From positions 27,095 to 91,094 of the IMG/VR virus record IMGVR_UViG_3300042197_001567: a stretch of DNA of 64,000 bases, one strand, 5' to 3'. The notes below the pieces were generated by a model, which saw only the letters and a list, made by a program, of their open reading frames with translations, did no database searches and was not told the DNA's origin. The stretch's first letter is position 1. Each line of letters begins with the position of its first letter. This stretch comes from a virus. Positions 37,767-47,059 of the stretch are shown here, piece by piece. A program made the translations under genes and the position numbers.

Positions 37767-39011
37767 ATGACAATATTCATTCAGATTGCATCTTATAGAG
37801 ATCCCCAACTTATACCAACAATAAAAAGTATTTTAAAAAATGCTAAACATCCGGAAAATTTAAGATTTGGGATTGCCAGACAATATCACAATGATGATAA
37901 TTTTGATAATTTAGATGACTACAAAAATGACAGTAGATTTAGAATATTAGACATACCATATGAAATGTCTAATGGTGTTTGCTGGGCAAGAAATCAAGTA
38001 CAACAACTTTATAGTGGCGAAACCTACACACTTCAAATAGATTCTCATATGAGATTTGAAAAGAGCTGGGATGAAGAATTAATTAAAATGTTAATTGACT
38101 TACAATCAAAAGGTTATAAAAAACCATTACTAACAGGTTATGTATCTTCATTCGATCCAGATAACGATCCAAATGGTAGAGTCAATGAACCATGGAGAAT
38201 GGCGTTTGATCGATTCACACCAGAAGGTGTTGTGTTTTTTTTACCAGAAATAATTCCAGGATGGAAAGAATTAAATGAACCTGTAAGATCCAGATTTTAT
38301 TCGGCACATTTTTGTTTTACACTAGGTCAGTTCTCGATTGAGGTTCAACACGACCCAGAGTATTATTTTCATGGTGAAGAAATATCAATTGCAGTAAGGG
38401 CATTTACGCATGGATATGACTTATTTCATCCACATAAAGTTTTAGTTTGGCACGAATATACAAGAAAAGGAAGAACTAAACAGTGGGATGATGATATAAC
38501 ATGGCACGTTAAAAACATATCGTCACACTCGAAAAATAGAAAAGTTTTAGGTGTTGATGGTGAAAAATACGAAGGAGAATTAAAATATGGATTTGGCACA
38601 GAAAGAACCATTACTGACTATGAAAAATATTCTGGGATAAGATTTGAAAATAGATCAGTTCAACAATATACACTGGATAAAAATTATCCTCCCAATCCAT
38701 ATGGATTTAATAATGACAACGAATGGAAAGATAGTTTTTCAACAATATTTAAACATTGTATTGATATAACACATCAATTGGTACCAGAAGATGATTATGA
38801 ATTCTGGGTTGTCGCGTTCCACAATTCGAATGATGAAACTTTATTTAGGAAAGATGCAACCGAATCCGAAATAAAAAATATGAAAAATGATAAGGATGGG
38901 TATTGTAAAATATGGCGAGAATTCATAACATCAGCTAAACCATCATATTGGGTTGTTTGGCCTTATAGCAAATCAAAAGGTTGGTGCGATAGAATAACCG
39001 GTCAATTATAG
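37767..39011 (+). CDS. polypeptide GlcNAc-transferase-like (GT60, Skp1 Gnt1 family)
   Basis: TIFIQIASYRDPQL, GVCWARN, LQIDSHMRF..WD, F.GEE, GYDLFHP. Confidence 0.85.
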   Translation: MTIFIQIASYRDPQLIPTIKSILKNAKHPENLRFGIARQYHNDDNFDNLDDYKNDSRFRILDIPYEMSNGVCWARNQVQQLYSGETYTLQIDSHMRFEKSWDEELIKMLIDLQSKGYKKPLLTGYVSSFDPDNDPNGRVNEPWRMAFDRFTPEGVVFFLPEIIPGWKELNEPVRSRFYSAHFCFTLGQFSIEVQHDPEYYFHGEEISIAVRAFTHGYDLFHPHKVLVWHEYTRKGRTKQWDDDITWHVKNISSHSKNRKVLGVDGEKYEGELKYGFGTERTITDYEKYSGIRFENRSVQQYTLDKNYPPNPYGFNNDNEWKDSFSTIFKHCIDITHQLVPEDDYEFWVVAFHNSNDETLFRKDATESEIKNMKNDKDGYCKIWREFITSAKPSYWVVWPYSKSKGWCDRITGQL

Positions 39012-39059
39012 TTTTAGATTCAGTAGTTAGCAAAATAAATTAAGACGCATTGAAATGAT

Positions 39060-40724
39060 ATGATAACACTTGTTACTGGTTTATGGGATATTGGAAGATC
39101 AAATCTTAATGAAGGTTGGTCTAGAAATTTTGATTATTATTTATCTAGGTTTTCCGAACTTTTAGAAGTGGAAAACAATATGATAATTTTTGGTGATTCT
39201 AAATTAAAAGAATTTGTTTTTAACATAAGAAACGAAAGTAATACTCAATTTATTGAAAGAGATGTTAATTGGTTTACATCCAATGATTATTTTAACTTAA
39301 TACAAACCGTAAGAACAAACCCATCTTGGTATGATCAGGTTGGTTGGTTGAAAGACTCGACACAGGCTAAATTGAAATACTACAATCCACTTGTAATGTC
39401 TAAAATGTTTTTATTACACGACGCAAATATTTTAGATAAATTTAATTCTGATAATTTATTTTGGATTGACGCCGGATTGACCAACACGGTAAATAAGGGA
39501 TATTTCACTCACGATAAAGTTTTAAATAATGTAAAAACACAATCAAATAAATTTTATTTTGTTTGTTTTCCCTATGAAGCAAATACTGAAGTACATGGAT
39601 TTTCTTTCGATAAAATGTGTGAATTATCAAATGATAAACCAAATATGGTAGCTAGGGGTGGTTTTTTTGGTGGGGATAAAGAATCTATAACAGAAATGAA
39701 TATATTGTATTATAATATTTTAGTTGATACTTTAACTGAAGGTTATATGGGAACTGAAGAGTCTTTGTTTACAATTTTACTTTATCAACATCCAGACTTA
39801 ATTAATTATTCTTTAATCGAATCTGATGGTTTAATGTTTAGGTATTTCGAAAATTTAAAAGATTCAAATGTAAAAGTTTTTTCCAAAAACAAACAAATAG
39901 ATCTTAAACAAGATGGGGATATAGGACTTTATGTAATTACATTTAATTCACCAAAACAATTCGAAACTCTGGTAAATTCAATGATAGAATATGATATGAC
40001 ATTTTTAAGTCACACAAAAAAATTCTTATTGGATAACTCAACGGACTTATCAACAACAAAAGAATATCAGGTATTATGTAAATTATATGACTTTGAGCAT
40101 ATTAAAAAAGACAATATTGGTATTACAGGTGGAAGACAATTTATCGCTGAACATTTTAATAAACAAGAAAATTTAAGTCACTATTTCTTTTTTGAAGATG
40201 ATATGTTTTTTGTTCACCCGGAAGTATCAATTTGTAAAAATGGATTTAATCGATATGTAGAAAAATTATTTAATAAAATAATGAAGATTATGAAAAAAGA
40301 AAATTTTGATTTTCTTAAATTAAATTTTACAGAATTTTTTGGATCTCATCAAACACAATGGGCTTGGTACAATGTTCCACAATCTTTTAGAGAAAAATAT
40401 TGGCCCGAAAAAAATAAATTACCTTCTTTCGGTTATGATCCAAACGCCCCTTGTATTGAATATAAAAATATAAAATCTTTGGATGGGGTAGCATATACGT
40501 CTGGTGAAATATACTTATCGAACTGGCCGATAATAATGTCAAAAGAGGGAAACTATAAATGCTATATAAAACAAAAATTTGATTTTCCGTACGAACAAAC
40601 TTTAATGTCATATAATTTTCAAGAGTTAGTTAAAGGTAATTTAAACCCAGGTTTACTTCTTTTAACTCCAACTGAACATAATAGATTTGATTTTTACGAC
40701 GCGGATTTAAGAAAAGAATGTTAA
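39060..40724 (+). CDS. HtrL/YibB-like glycosyltransferase fused to a GT-A domain
   Basis: TLVTGLWDIGR, SKMFLL, FWIDAG, GGFFGG, EESLF; second domain LLDNS..GGRQ..FFEDD. Confidence 0.7.
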   Translation: MITLVTGLWDIGRSNLNEGWSRNFDYYLSRFSELLEVENNMIIFGDSKLKEFVFNIRNESNTQFIERDVNWFTSNDYFNLIQTVRTNPSWYDQVGWLKDSTQAKLKYYNPLVMSKMFLLHDANILDKFNSDNLFWIDAGLTNTVNKGYFTHDKVLNNVKTQSNKFYFVCFPYEANTEVHGFSFDKMCELSNDKPNMVARGGFFGGDKESITEMNILYYNILVDTLTEGYMGTEESLFTILLYQHPDLINYSLIESDGLMFRYFENLKDSNVKVFSKNKQIDLKQDGDIGLYVITFNSPKQFETLVNSMIEYDMTFLSHTKKFLLDNSTDLSTTKEYQVLCKLYDFEHIKKDNIGITGGRQFIAEHFNKQENLSHYFFFEDDMFFVHPEVSICKNGFNRYVEKLFNKIMKIMKKENFDFLKLNFTEFFGSHQTQWAWYNVPQSFREKYWPEKNKLPSFGYDPNAPCIEYKNIKSLDGVAYTSGEIYLSNWPIIMSKEGNYKCYIKQKFDFPYEQTLMSYNFQELVKGNLNPGLLLLTPTEHNRFDFYDADLRKEC

Positions 40725-40751
40725 ATAGTATATTTATATTAAAAAGCATAG

Positions 40752-41954
40752 ATGGAATTTTATATCAAGAAGAACGCAACACTTCCGTTGCTAAAAATGC
40801 AAGTTGTTAAAGACGGACGAAGTGATTATAACAGATTTATGCAACTTCTGGAAGAATCTTCTATATTCTTTTCTATGGTTGATATCGAAACCGGAATTCC
40901 AAAAATACAAAACAAACCAGCGGGATTAGTTAATAAAACATTTTTAGATCCAAATGCTGATCCAGAATATTATATTTTTTATCAATTTTCAAATTTAGAA
41001 ACAAAAAAACCAGGAAGATACGAAGGTCAATTTATAATTGTGAATTATGAAGGAACTTTAATTTTACCAATTAGAGATAAATTATTTATAAACATACAAG
41101 AAAGTTTTATTTGTGACGACTTAAGTTATGATAATAATTGTTATGTTGTTGAATATCCTTGTTGTAATACAAAACCTGTTGGTCCTGTAACAACTACAAC
41201 AACCACAATTTGTTACGTACCTCCGATTACAACAACAACCACTACTATACCACCACCAACAACAACCACAACAACAACTTTAAGTCCTTTTAGCGCGACT
41301 ATAGTAACTTTGGTAATACCTGGGTCTGTAAAAGTTCAATCATATGTTCAATATAATTACGGTTTAGATGTTACCACATGTGTTAGTTTTGATGTAAATT
41401 TAGAAACTTCAAATGGAGATGTTTTAGTTGTTCCTAAACAAATACTTTTGAATTCTGGTGAAACTACAGGATACACAGAAACAATATTAGATTATTCTTA
41501 TTCTGGATTGTCAGATCAAACTTATTACTCTAATATAGATTTTAGCGGATCTACAGTTCCTGTAGAATACAATACTGAAATTATAACTCAAATAACACCA
41601 ACTCCTACTCCATCGGCAAGCGTCTTTCCAACATTATATTATGGTAAGTTGACATCAAGCGAATTTGATCCAGGAGATGAAACATTACTTCAAACTATTC
41701 AATCTGTTGATTCGGTTAACATTTATTTAGATGTAAATGCCGGTACAGGATATGTTTTTGTTTTGATTCCACAGTCAATGAATCAACCAATTCAATTTAG
41801 AAATAGCGTTAGTGGATGTAATGGATTTGTTGTTCCTATAATCAACAAACCAGATGTAACCATTATTGACATTTTTGGAAATATCCATATTTATAAAGTA
41901 TACAGAACATGGGTCTCAACGAATGCGCAAGTTGATCTATGGTTATGTGGATAA
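40752..41954 (+). CDS. virion/baseplate-associated protein with mucin-like Thr tracts
   Basis: MEFYIKKNATLP..GRYEGQF N-terminal domain (BppU-like); TTTTTT x3, TPTPTP; late motif at 40731-40738. Confidence 0.55.
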   Translation: MEFYIKKNATLPLLKMQVVKDGRSDYNRFMQLLEESSIFFSMVDIETGIPKIQNKPAGLVNKTFLDPNADPEYYIFYQFSNLETKKPGRYEGQFIIVNYEGTLILPIRDKLFINIQESFICDDLSYDNNCYVVEYPCCNTKPVGPVTTTTTTICYVPPITTTTTTIPPPTTTTTTTLSPFSATIVTLVIPGSVKVQSYVQYNYGLDVTTCVSFDVNLETSNGDVLVVPKQILLNSGETTGYTETILDYSYSGLSDQTYYSNIDFSGSTVPVEYNTEIITQITPTPTPSASVFPTLYYGKLTSSEFDPGDETLLQTIQSVDSVNIYLDVNAGTGYVFVLIPQSMNQPIQFRNSVSGCNGFVVPIINKPDVTIIDIFGNIHIYKVYRTWVSTNAQVDLWLCG

Positions 41955-41975
41955 TATAATATGTAAATTCTTTAG

Positions 41976-42359
41976 ATGGCAGATTTTAGTACACTCGGTG
42001 GTGTAGGCATAATGGGTTTCATATCACCGATGGATTCCTTGGATACTTATGCGGTAATTGATCCTATTTATGGTGTTGATGGTTTAAGAAACGTGGATAC
42101 TGAATCTGATTTAGATTTCATATCATATGAAAGAAGAAGACCCGGTATGATTGTCGGTATCGGTAGTGGAGAAAAATATTATAAGTTAAAAAATGATTTT
42201 TGGACTTTTACAATAAGTGATTGGGAACAAATTTTTTTATATACAGTTTCGCAATCGGCCATTACATCTAATGAAATTATAGGAGGTCATTTAGATTATG
42301 TTTCACAAACTTTAGTTTTATCAAAAGCGTCTGGTGGTACAATAACAATTACCGGGTGA
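41976..42359 (+). CDS. fibre-like virion protein, apparently 3'-truncated
   Basis: Ends just after a first GG.LDY..TLVL..GGTITITG repeat unit; overlaps the convergent ORF by 64 nt. Confidence 0.5.
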   Translation: MADFSTLGGVGIMGFISPMDSLDTYAVIDPIYGVDGLRNVDTESDLDFISYERRRPGMIVGIGSGEKYYKLKNDFWTFTISDWEQIFLYTVSQSAITSNEIIGGHLDYVSQTLVLSKASGGTITITG

Positions 42360-42631
42360 GTTGATTTTGCAATTTCTCTATATATTTCTTTTATTTTTTG
42401 TTTTTCTTCTTCCGTAACTTCATAAATTTCTGTATCTTTAATCACAGATTTATTTTCTTTACCATCCCCTGATACAACTACCGGTTGATCAGAATGTTTT
42501 GAAACTTCAGTCATAAACAAACTTTTATATTCATTTGTAAACTCTTCAACATATTGGTTTTGCAAGTCCAATATTTCTAACTCATTGAGTAACATTTTAA
42601 ACCTATAGTTGTAAAATTTTTTATTTTTCAT
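42296..42631 (-). pseudogene. J-domain-like protein truncated within the HPD motif
   Basis: KIKEIYREIAKSTHP, then reads into the antisense strand of the neighbouring gene. Confidence 0.55.
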
Positions 42632-42658
42632 TAATGATAAATAGAAAGAAATTTTGTT

Positions 42659-42687
42659 TTGACATTTGAAAGATAATCATTTATACT
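42659..42687 (+). promoter_or_regulatory. sigma70-like promoter for the DNA polymerase gene
   Basis: TTGACA-N17-TATACT, 60 nt upstream of the ATG. Confidence 0.55.
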
Positions 42688-42747
42688 TAAGAAGGAAGGG
42701 TAAATGTCGACCTAATTCGACAGCTAATACACCAAACAAAAATAATT

Positions 42748-45531
42748 ATGATATCACAAGAAGAAATAGAAAATTTCTTACAGGGAAATGACACAGAAGA
42801 ATTTATCGTGGCAGTCGAATTTGATTATCAATCTGACCACATCTACAAAATAAAAGAAGTTCCTGGAAAGGGAAAAGAAATCCAAAGAGACAATTTAATT
42901 TCATTTGCGTGGGTTGGTGACCTGCGTGGTTTAAATTTTTATTCGGGGTCAAAGGCACTACAAAAAGAAGCCATGACCAAATACGGGATAATGATCGAAA
43001 AATTAAGAACCGATAACAATGAACGTCTAGAAAATGGTCTAACCTTTATGGTTAAATCATTAAAAGGGTATAGGGCTCTTACACAATTTTTCAGAGATGG
43101 TGGACTTGATCCTTGGGGTGAAAAATTAAAAGATAAAATTCTTATGTTACCCCCAGTTGAGCAGTACCTCATCTCAAAAGAAAAAAGATTGTTCAAAGGA
43201 TTCGAAGAATACAATGACATCACAAGACTTGTATTTGACCTTGAGACTACCTCTTTAGAACCTAAAGATGGTAGAATTTTTATGATCGGACTAAAAACAA
43301 ATAAAGGGTTTCAAAAAGTTATTGAGTGTACCAACGAAGATGAAGAAAGACGAGGTATTGCGGAGTTTTTTAGAATTATTGACGAAATCAAACCATCAAT
43401 CATTTCAGGATATAACTCATTCAACTTTGACTGGTATTGGATATATGAAAGATGTAGAATACTTAAACTTGACATAAAAAGAGTTGCGGTTTCCTTACAT
43501 AGAGAAAAAACAATTTCACAAAAAGAATCAATGTTGAAACTTGCAAACGAAGTTGAGAAGTTTACACAAACTCAAATGTGGGGATATAACATTATTGATA
43601 TTCTACATTCAGTTCGTCGTGCTCAAGCAATTAACTCAAACATCAAAGAAGCTGGTTTGAAGTATATTACAAAATATATTGAAGCAGAGGCCCCTGACCG
43701 AGTATATGTTGATCATGATAAAATTGGATCAATGTATCGAAACAAAGAAGAATATTGGTTAAATATTGAAAATGGTAAATACAAAAAATTTGGGGTAGAT
43801 CCAAAGGTTGATGAGGTGTGTGAAAGACATTCAAATGTATATATCAAAACAACTGGAGACGACATCATTGAGCGTTATCTTGACGATGACCTTGAAGAAA
43901 CTCTATTGGTTGATGAAGAATTCAATCAAGGTTCATTTTTATTGGCGTCACTTCTTCCAACAACATATGAAAGAGTTTCAACGATGGGTACCGCAACATT
44001 ATGGAAAATGTTGATGTTAGCTTGGTCTTATAAACATGGTCTTGCGATTCCTGAAAAAGGAGATAAAAGAAACTTCGTAGGAGGACTTTCTCGTTTGATC
44101 CGAACAGGATACTCAAGGAACGTATTAAAACTTGACTACTCGTCTCTATATCCATCTATTCAGTTAGTACATGATGTATTCCCCGAGTGTGATGTCACAG
44201 GCGCAATGAAAGGTTTATTATCATACTTTCGTAACACTCGTATTAAGTATAAACAATTGGCCGAGGAATATGCATCTATTGATAAAAAGAAATCAACTTC
44301 TTATGACCGTAAACAATTACCGATTAAGATCTTTATCAACTCCATGTTTGGTGCCCTGTCTGCCCCACAAGTTTTTCATTGGGGTGATATGGACAAAGGT
44401 GAGATGATTACTTGTACGGGTCGTCAATATCTTCGTATGATGATTAATTTCTTTATGGATCGTGGTTATACACCTCTTGTGATGGACACGGATGGTATTA
44501 ACTTCTCTGTTCCTGAAGGTGTCGAAGAAAGAAAGTATATTGGTAAAGGTCTGAACTGGAAAGTTGTTGATGGTAAAGAATATGTCGGTGAAGAAGCAGA
44601 TGTGATGGAGTTCAATGATTTTGCAATGAGAGGTGAGATGGCACTTGATACTGACGGACAATGGCCGGCGTGTATTAATTTGGCTCGAAAAAACTACGCT
44701 CTTATCACCGCAAAAGGTAAAATCAAACTTACAGGAAACTCAATCAAATCTAAAAAGATGCCAATCTATATTGAGAAGTTTTTGGATAAAGGAATTAAAT
44801 TACTTCTTGATGGTAAAGGTCAGGAGTTTGTTGAATACTATTATGAGTATGTACAACAAATCTTTGATCTACAAATTCCTTTAATGGATATTGCAAACAA
44901 GGCTAAAGTAAAACAAAGTACTGACGACTATATCATTCGTAGTAAACAAACAACAAAGGCGGGAAGTTTAATGTCTCGTCAGGCACATATGGAGTTAGCA
45001 ATAAAAGAAGGTCTTAATGTGAATCTTGGTGATGTGATATTCTATGTAAACAACGGAACTAAAGCTTCACACGGAGATGTTCAAAAAGTTAACAAACCAA
45101 AGAAAGGTTGGTCACAAGAACATATTGATACTTATGGTGGACCAATACCCGAAAATTTAGATTCTATAATACAACTTAATTGTTATCGTATTGATCCATT
45201 AGATTTAGAAAGTAACCCGACCATGAAAGGTCAGTACAATATTCAACGAGCAATTGCGACTTTTAACAAACGAGTAGAACCATTACTTGTTGTTTTCAAA
45301 CAAGAAGTAAGAAATAGTTTATTAGTTAAAAATCCGGAAGACAGACCATTTTTTACAAAAGTACAATGTGAACTAATCAATGGACAACCTTTTGATGAAG
45401 GAGATCAAGACAAACTAGAAGATGTTATGGTAATTTCAAATGAAGAAATGATTTACTGGAATAAAGTAGGTGTCAGTCCTTATCATATGTATGAATTGGC
45501 CGACCCCGAAATGAAGAAGTACGTGAAATAA
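42748..45531 (+). CDS. polB: DNA polymerase family B
   Basis: Exonuclease FDLET, GYNSFNFD; polymerase DYSSLYPS, KIFINSMFG, DTDG, KNYA. Confidence 0.95.
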   Translation: MISQEEIENFLQGNDTEEFIVAVEFDYQSDHIYKIKEVPGKGKEIQRDNLISFAWVGDLRGLNFYSGSKALQKEAMTKYGIMIEKLRTDNNERLENGLTFMVKSLKGYRALTQFFRDGGLDPWGEKLKDKILMLPPVEQYLISKEKRLFKGFEEYNDITRLVFDLETTSLEPKDGRIFMIGLKTNKGFQKVIECTNEDEERRGIAEFFRIIDEIKPSIISGYNSFNFDWYWIYERCRILKLDIKRVAVSLHREKTISQKESMLKLANEVEKFTQTQMWGYNIIDILHSVRRAQAINSNIKEAGLKYITKYIEAEAPDRVYVDHDKIGSMYRNKEEYWLNIENGKYKKFGVDPKVDEVCERHSNVYIKTTGDDIIERYLDDDLEETLLVDEEFNQGSFLLASLLPTTYERVSTMGTATLWKMLMLAWSYKHGLAIPEKGDKRNFVGGLSRLIRTGYSRNVLKLDYSSLYPSIQLVHDVFPECDVTGAMKGLLSYFRNTRIKYKQLAEEYASIDKKKSTSYDRKQLPIKIFINSMFGALSAPQVFHWGDMDKGEMITCTGRQYLRMMINFFMDRGYTPLVMDTDGINFSVPEGVEERKYIGKGLNWKVVDGKEYVGEEADVMEFNDFAMRGEMALDTDGQWPACINLARKNYALITAKGKIKLTGNSIKSKKMPIYIEKFLDKGIKLLLDGKGQEFVEYYYEYVQQIFDLQIPLMDIANKAKVKQSTDDYIIRSKQTTKAGSLMSRQAHMELAIKEGLNVNLGDVIFYVNNGTKASHGDVQKVNKPKKGWSQEHIDTYGGPIPENLDSIIQLNCYRIDPLDLESNPTMKGQYNIQRAIATFNKRVEPLLVVFKQEVRNSLLVKNPEDRPFFTKVQCELINGQPFDEGDQDKLEDVMVISNEEMIYWNKVGVSPYHMYELADPEMKKYVK

Positions 45532-45535
45532 ATTT

Positions 45536-45907
45536 TTAAGAAAATTTCATACCATCAGAAGAAAGTATATACCAATTACCTTCAACAAACTGAAAAAGTA
45601 CTGAAGCACCTTTCTCTAAAAGTAATTCGTCCCAGTCATCATCAATCGAACCAACATCTGATTTGACAATTACATTTGTTAGTGATTTAATGTAGATTTT
45701 TTGATTTATTTGTGAGTTTAACAAAATCTCACATTGATCCACATCTTTTACTATCAATAAAGTTTCATCACTAACAGTGTATTCTGTTTCTGAAATTATT
45801 TTGTGAAGTTCATGAGGTTTTTGGATAATTACCTTTGGCTCAACATAGTGTTGTGTTTGATATTTCACAATGTTTTTTCTTGGGGTTACGTTTTCAATTC
45901 TTATCAT
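45536..45907 (-). CDS. hypothetical protein, 123 aa
   Basis: Coupled to the neck gene; ends GNWYILSSDG. Confidence 0.65.
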   Translation of the reverse strand: MIRIENVTPRKNIVKYQTQHYVEPKVIIQKPHELHKIISETEYTVSDETLLIVKDVDQCEILLNSQINQKIYIKSLTNVIVKSDVGSIDDDWDELLLEKGASVLFQFVEGNWYILSSDGMKFS

Positions 45908-47028
45908 ATTACATAGATTTGTCTAGGCATTGCTCTAAATTTGAGCTGTTTATTTAGGTTTTCCGCCAACAACGCTTCTCTTTCCATAACCTTTTCAGGC
46001 TTCAACCTTGTTAACCTTCCTTCCGCGCCTATTAATTCTTCTATGAGTTTTGTCTTTTCATCCTTTGCTTCAGTGGCCAATGACTGGTAATCCATTGTCA
46101 AATCACCATCTGGCGCTTTTAAATTACCACTAAATTTACCTCTTACTTTAGATAATGTTTCTTTACAATATGCAATAAACCATCTTCTTACCCACACCTG
46201 AGCCGGATTATTTAAGTCTTCCCAACTCATTTTATTAAAAGGAACATCGGAAGGCATTTTAATAATATCGGGGTTATCAGCCAAACATTTGTCTCTGTCT
46301 GAACCCTCTGTATCGTAATACCAATACCATACTTTACCTTTCATAAGTGTTGAATTACCAAAATCAAATTTACCACCAGGTGTATTCATCAAGTGAAGTG
46401 CTTTTTTACCTCCAGGTAATGCGGTCACACGATAAGTTAAATCTCCCGCAATAATTCTTCTTTGTATGTTTATTTCTTGCATACGAAGTAACATATCAAA
46501 TGCTGGCATTAAAAAGTAACTACCTGACAAATTACCCACTTGAGCGTAACCCGCTGGTCCTGAAATACCACCACCCGCAATTCCACCAAAAGCCCATGGA
46601 TCAAACAACATATTATTCATAGTTGCCGGAGTAAACCATAAAACTTCATTCAACTCTCTGTTTGCTGGTATTTCATAAATTTGTTGGTTCGGAACCAATT
46701 GTACGTAATCTTTTTTTAGTACCCAGTCTCCACCTGCTTGTAACCCAACTATTTTTGAATACGCATATGTATATCTTGTTTCATAATCTAAACTTCTTGT
46801 TGTAAATGCCTTTGCTAGTGATTGAGTATCCAAATCTAAATTGTTAAGTGCGGTCCATTGAGACTCGATTAACCAATCTTGTACGTACTGCGAATATTCG
46901 TCAATAGAAAATTCCAAAAGGGTATCCATTTGTTCATCCTCTAGTTCGATACTTCTTAAGGGTGCTCCAAGTACGTGGCGTACTTTTTTGTATAGACTTG
47001 CTCTTTCTGTTTCACTAATTATTGACAT
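45904..47028 (-). CDS. head-tail adaptor/neck protein (T4 gp13-like)
   Basis: LGAPLRSIELEDEQ at the N-terminus; WVRRW..A..KE.L..VRGKF, EAKDEK..L at the C-terminus. Confidence 0.7.
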   Translation of the reverse strand: MSIISETERASLYKKVRHVLGAPLRSIELEDEQMDTLLEFSIDEYSQYVQDWLIESQWTALNNLDLDTQSLAKAFTTRSLDYETRYTYAYSKIVGLQAGGDWVLKKDYVQLVPNQQIYEIPANRELNEVLWFTPATMNNMLFDPWAFGGIAGGGISGPAGYAQVGNLSGSYFLMPAFDMLLRMQEINIQRRIIAGDLTYRVTALPGGKKALHLMNTPGGKFDFGNSTLMKGKVWYWYYDTEGSDRDKCLADNPDIIKMPSDVPFNKMSWEDLNNPAQVWVRRWFIAYCKETLSKVRGKFSGNLKAPDGDLTMDYQSLATEAKDEKTKLIEELIGAEGRLTRLKPEKVMEREALLAENLNKQLKFRAMPRQIYVI

Positions 47029-47059
47029 AAGATGTTTTCTCTATAAATATCGCGTTGTC

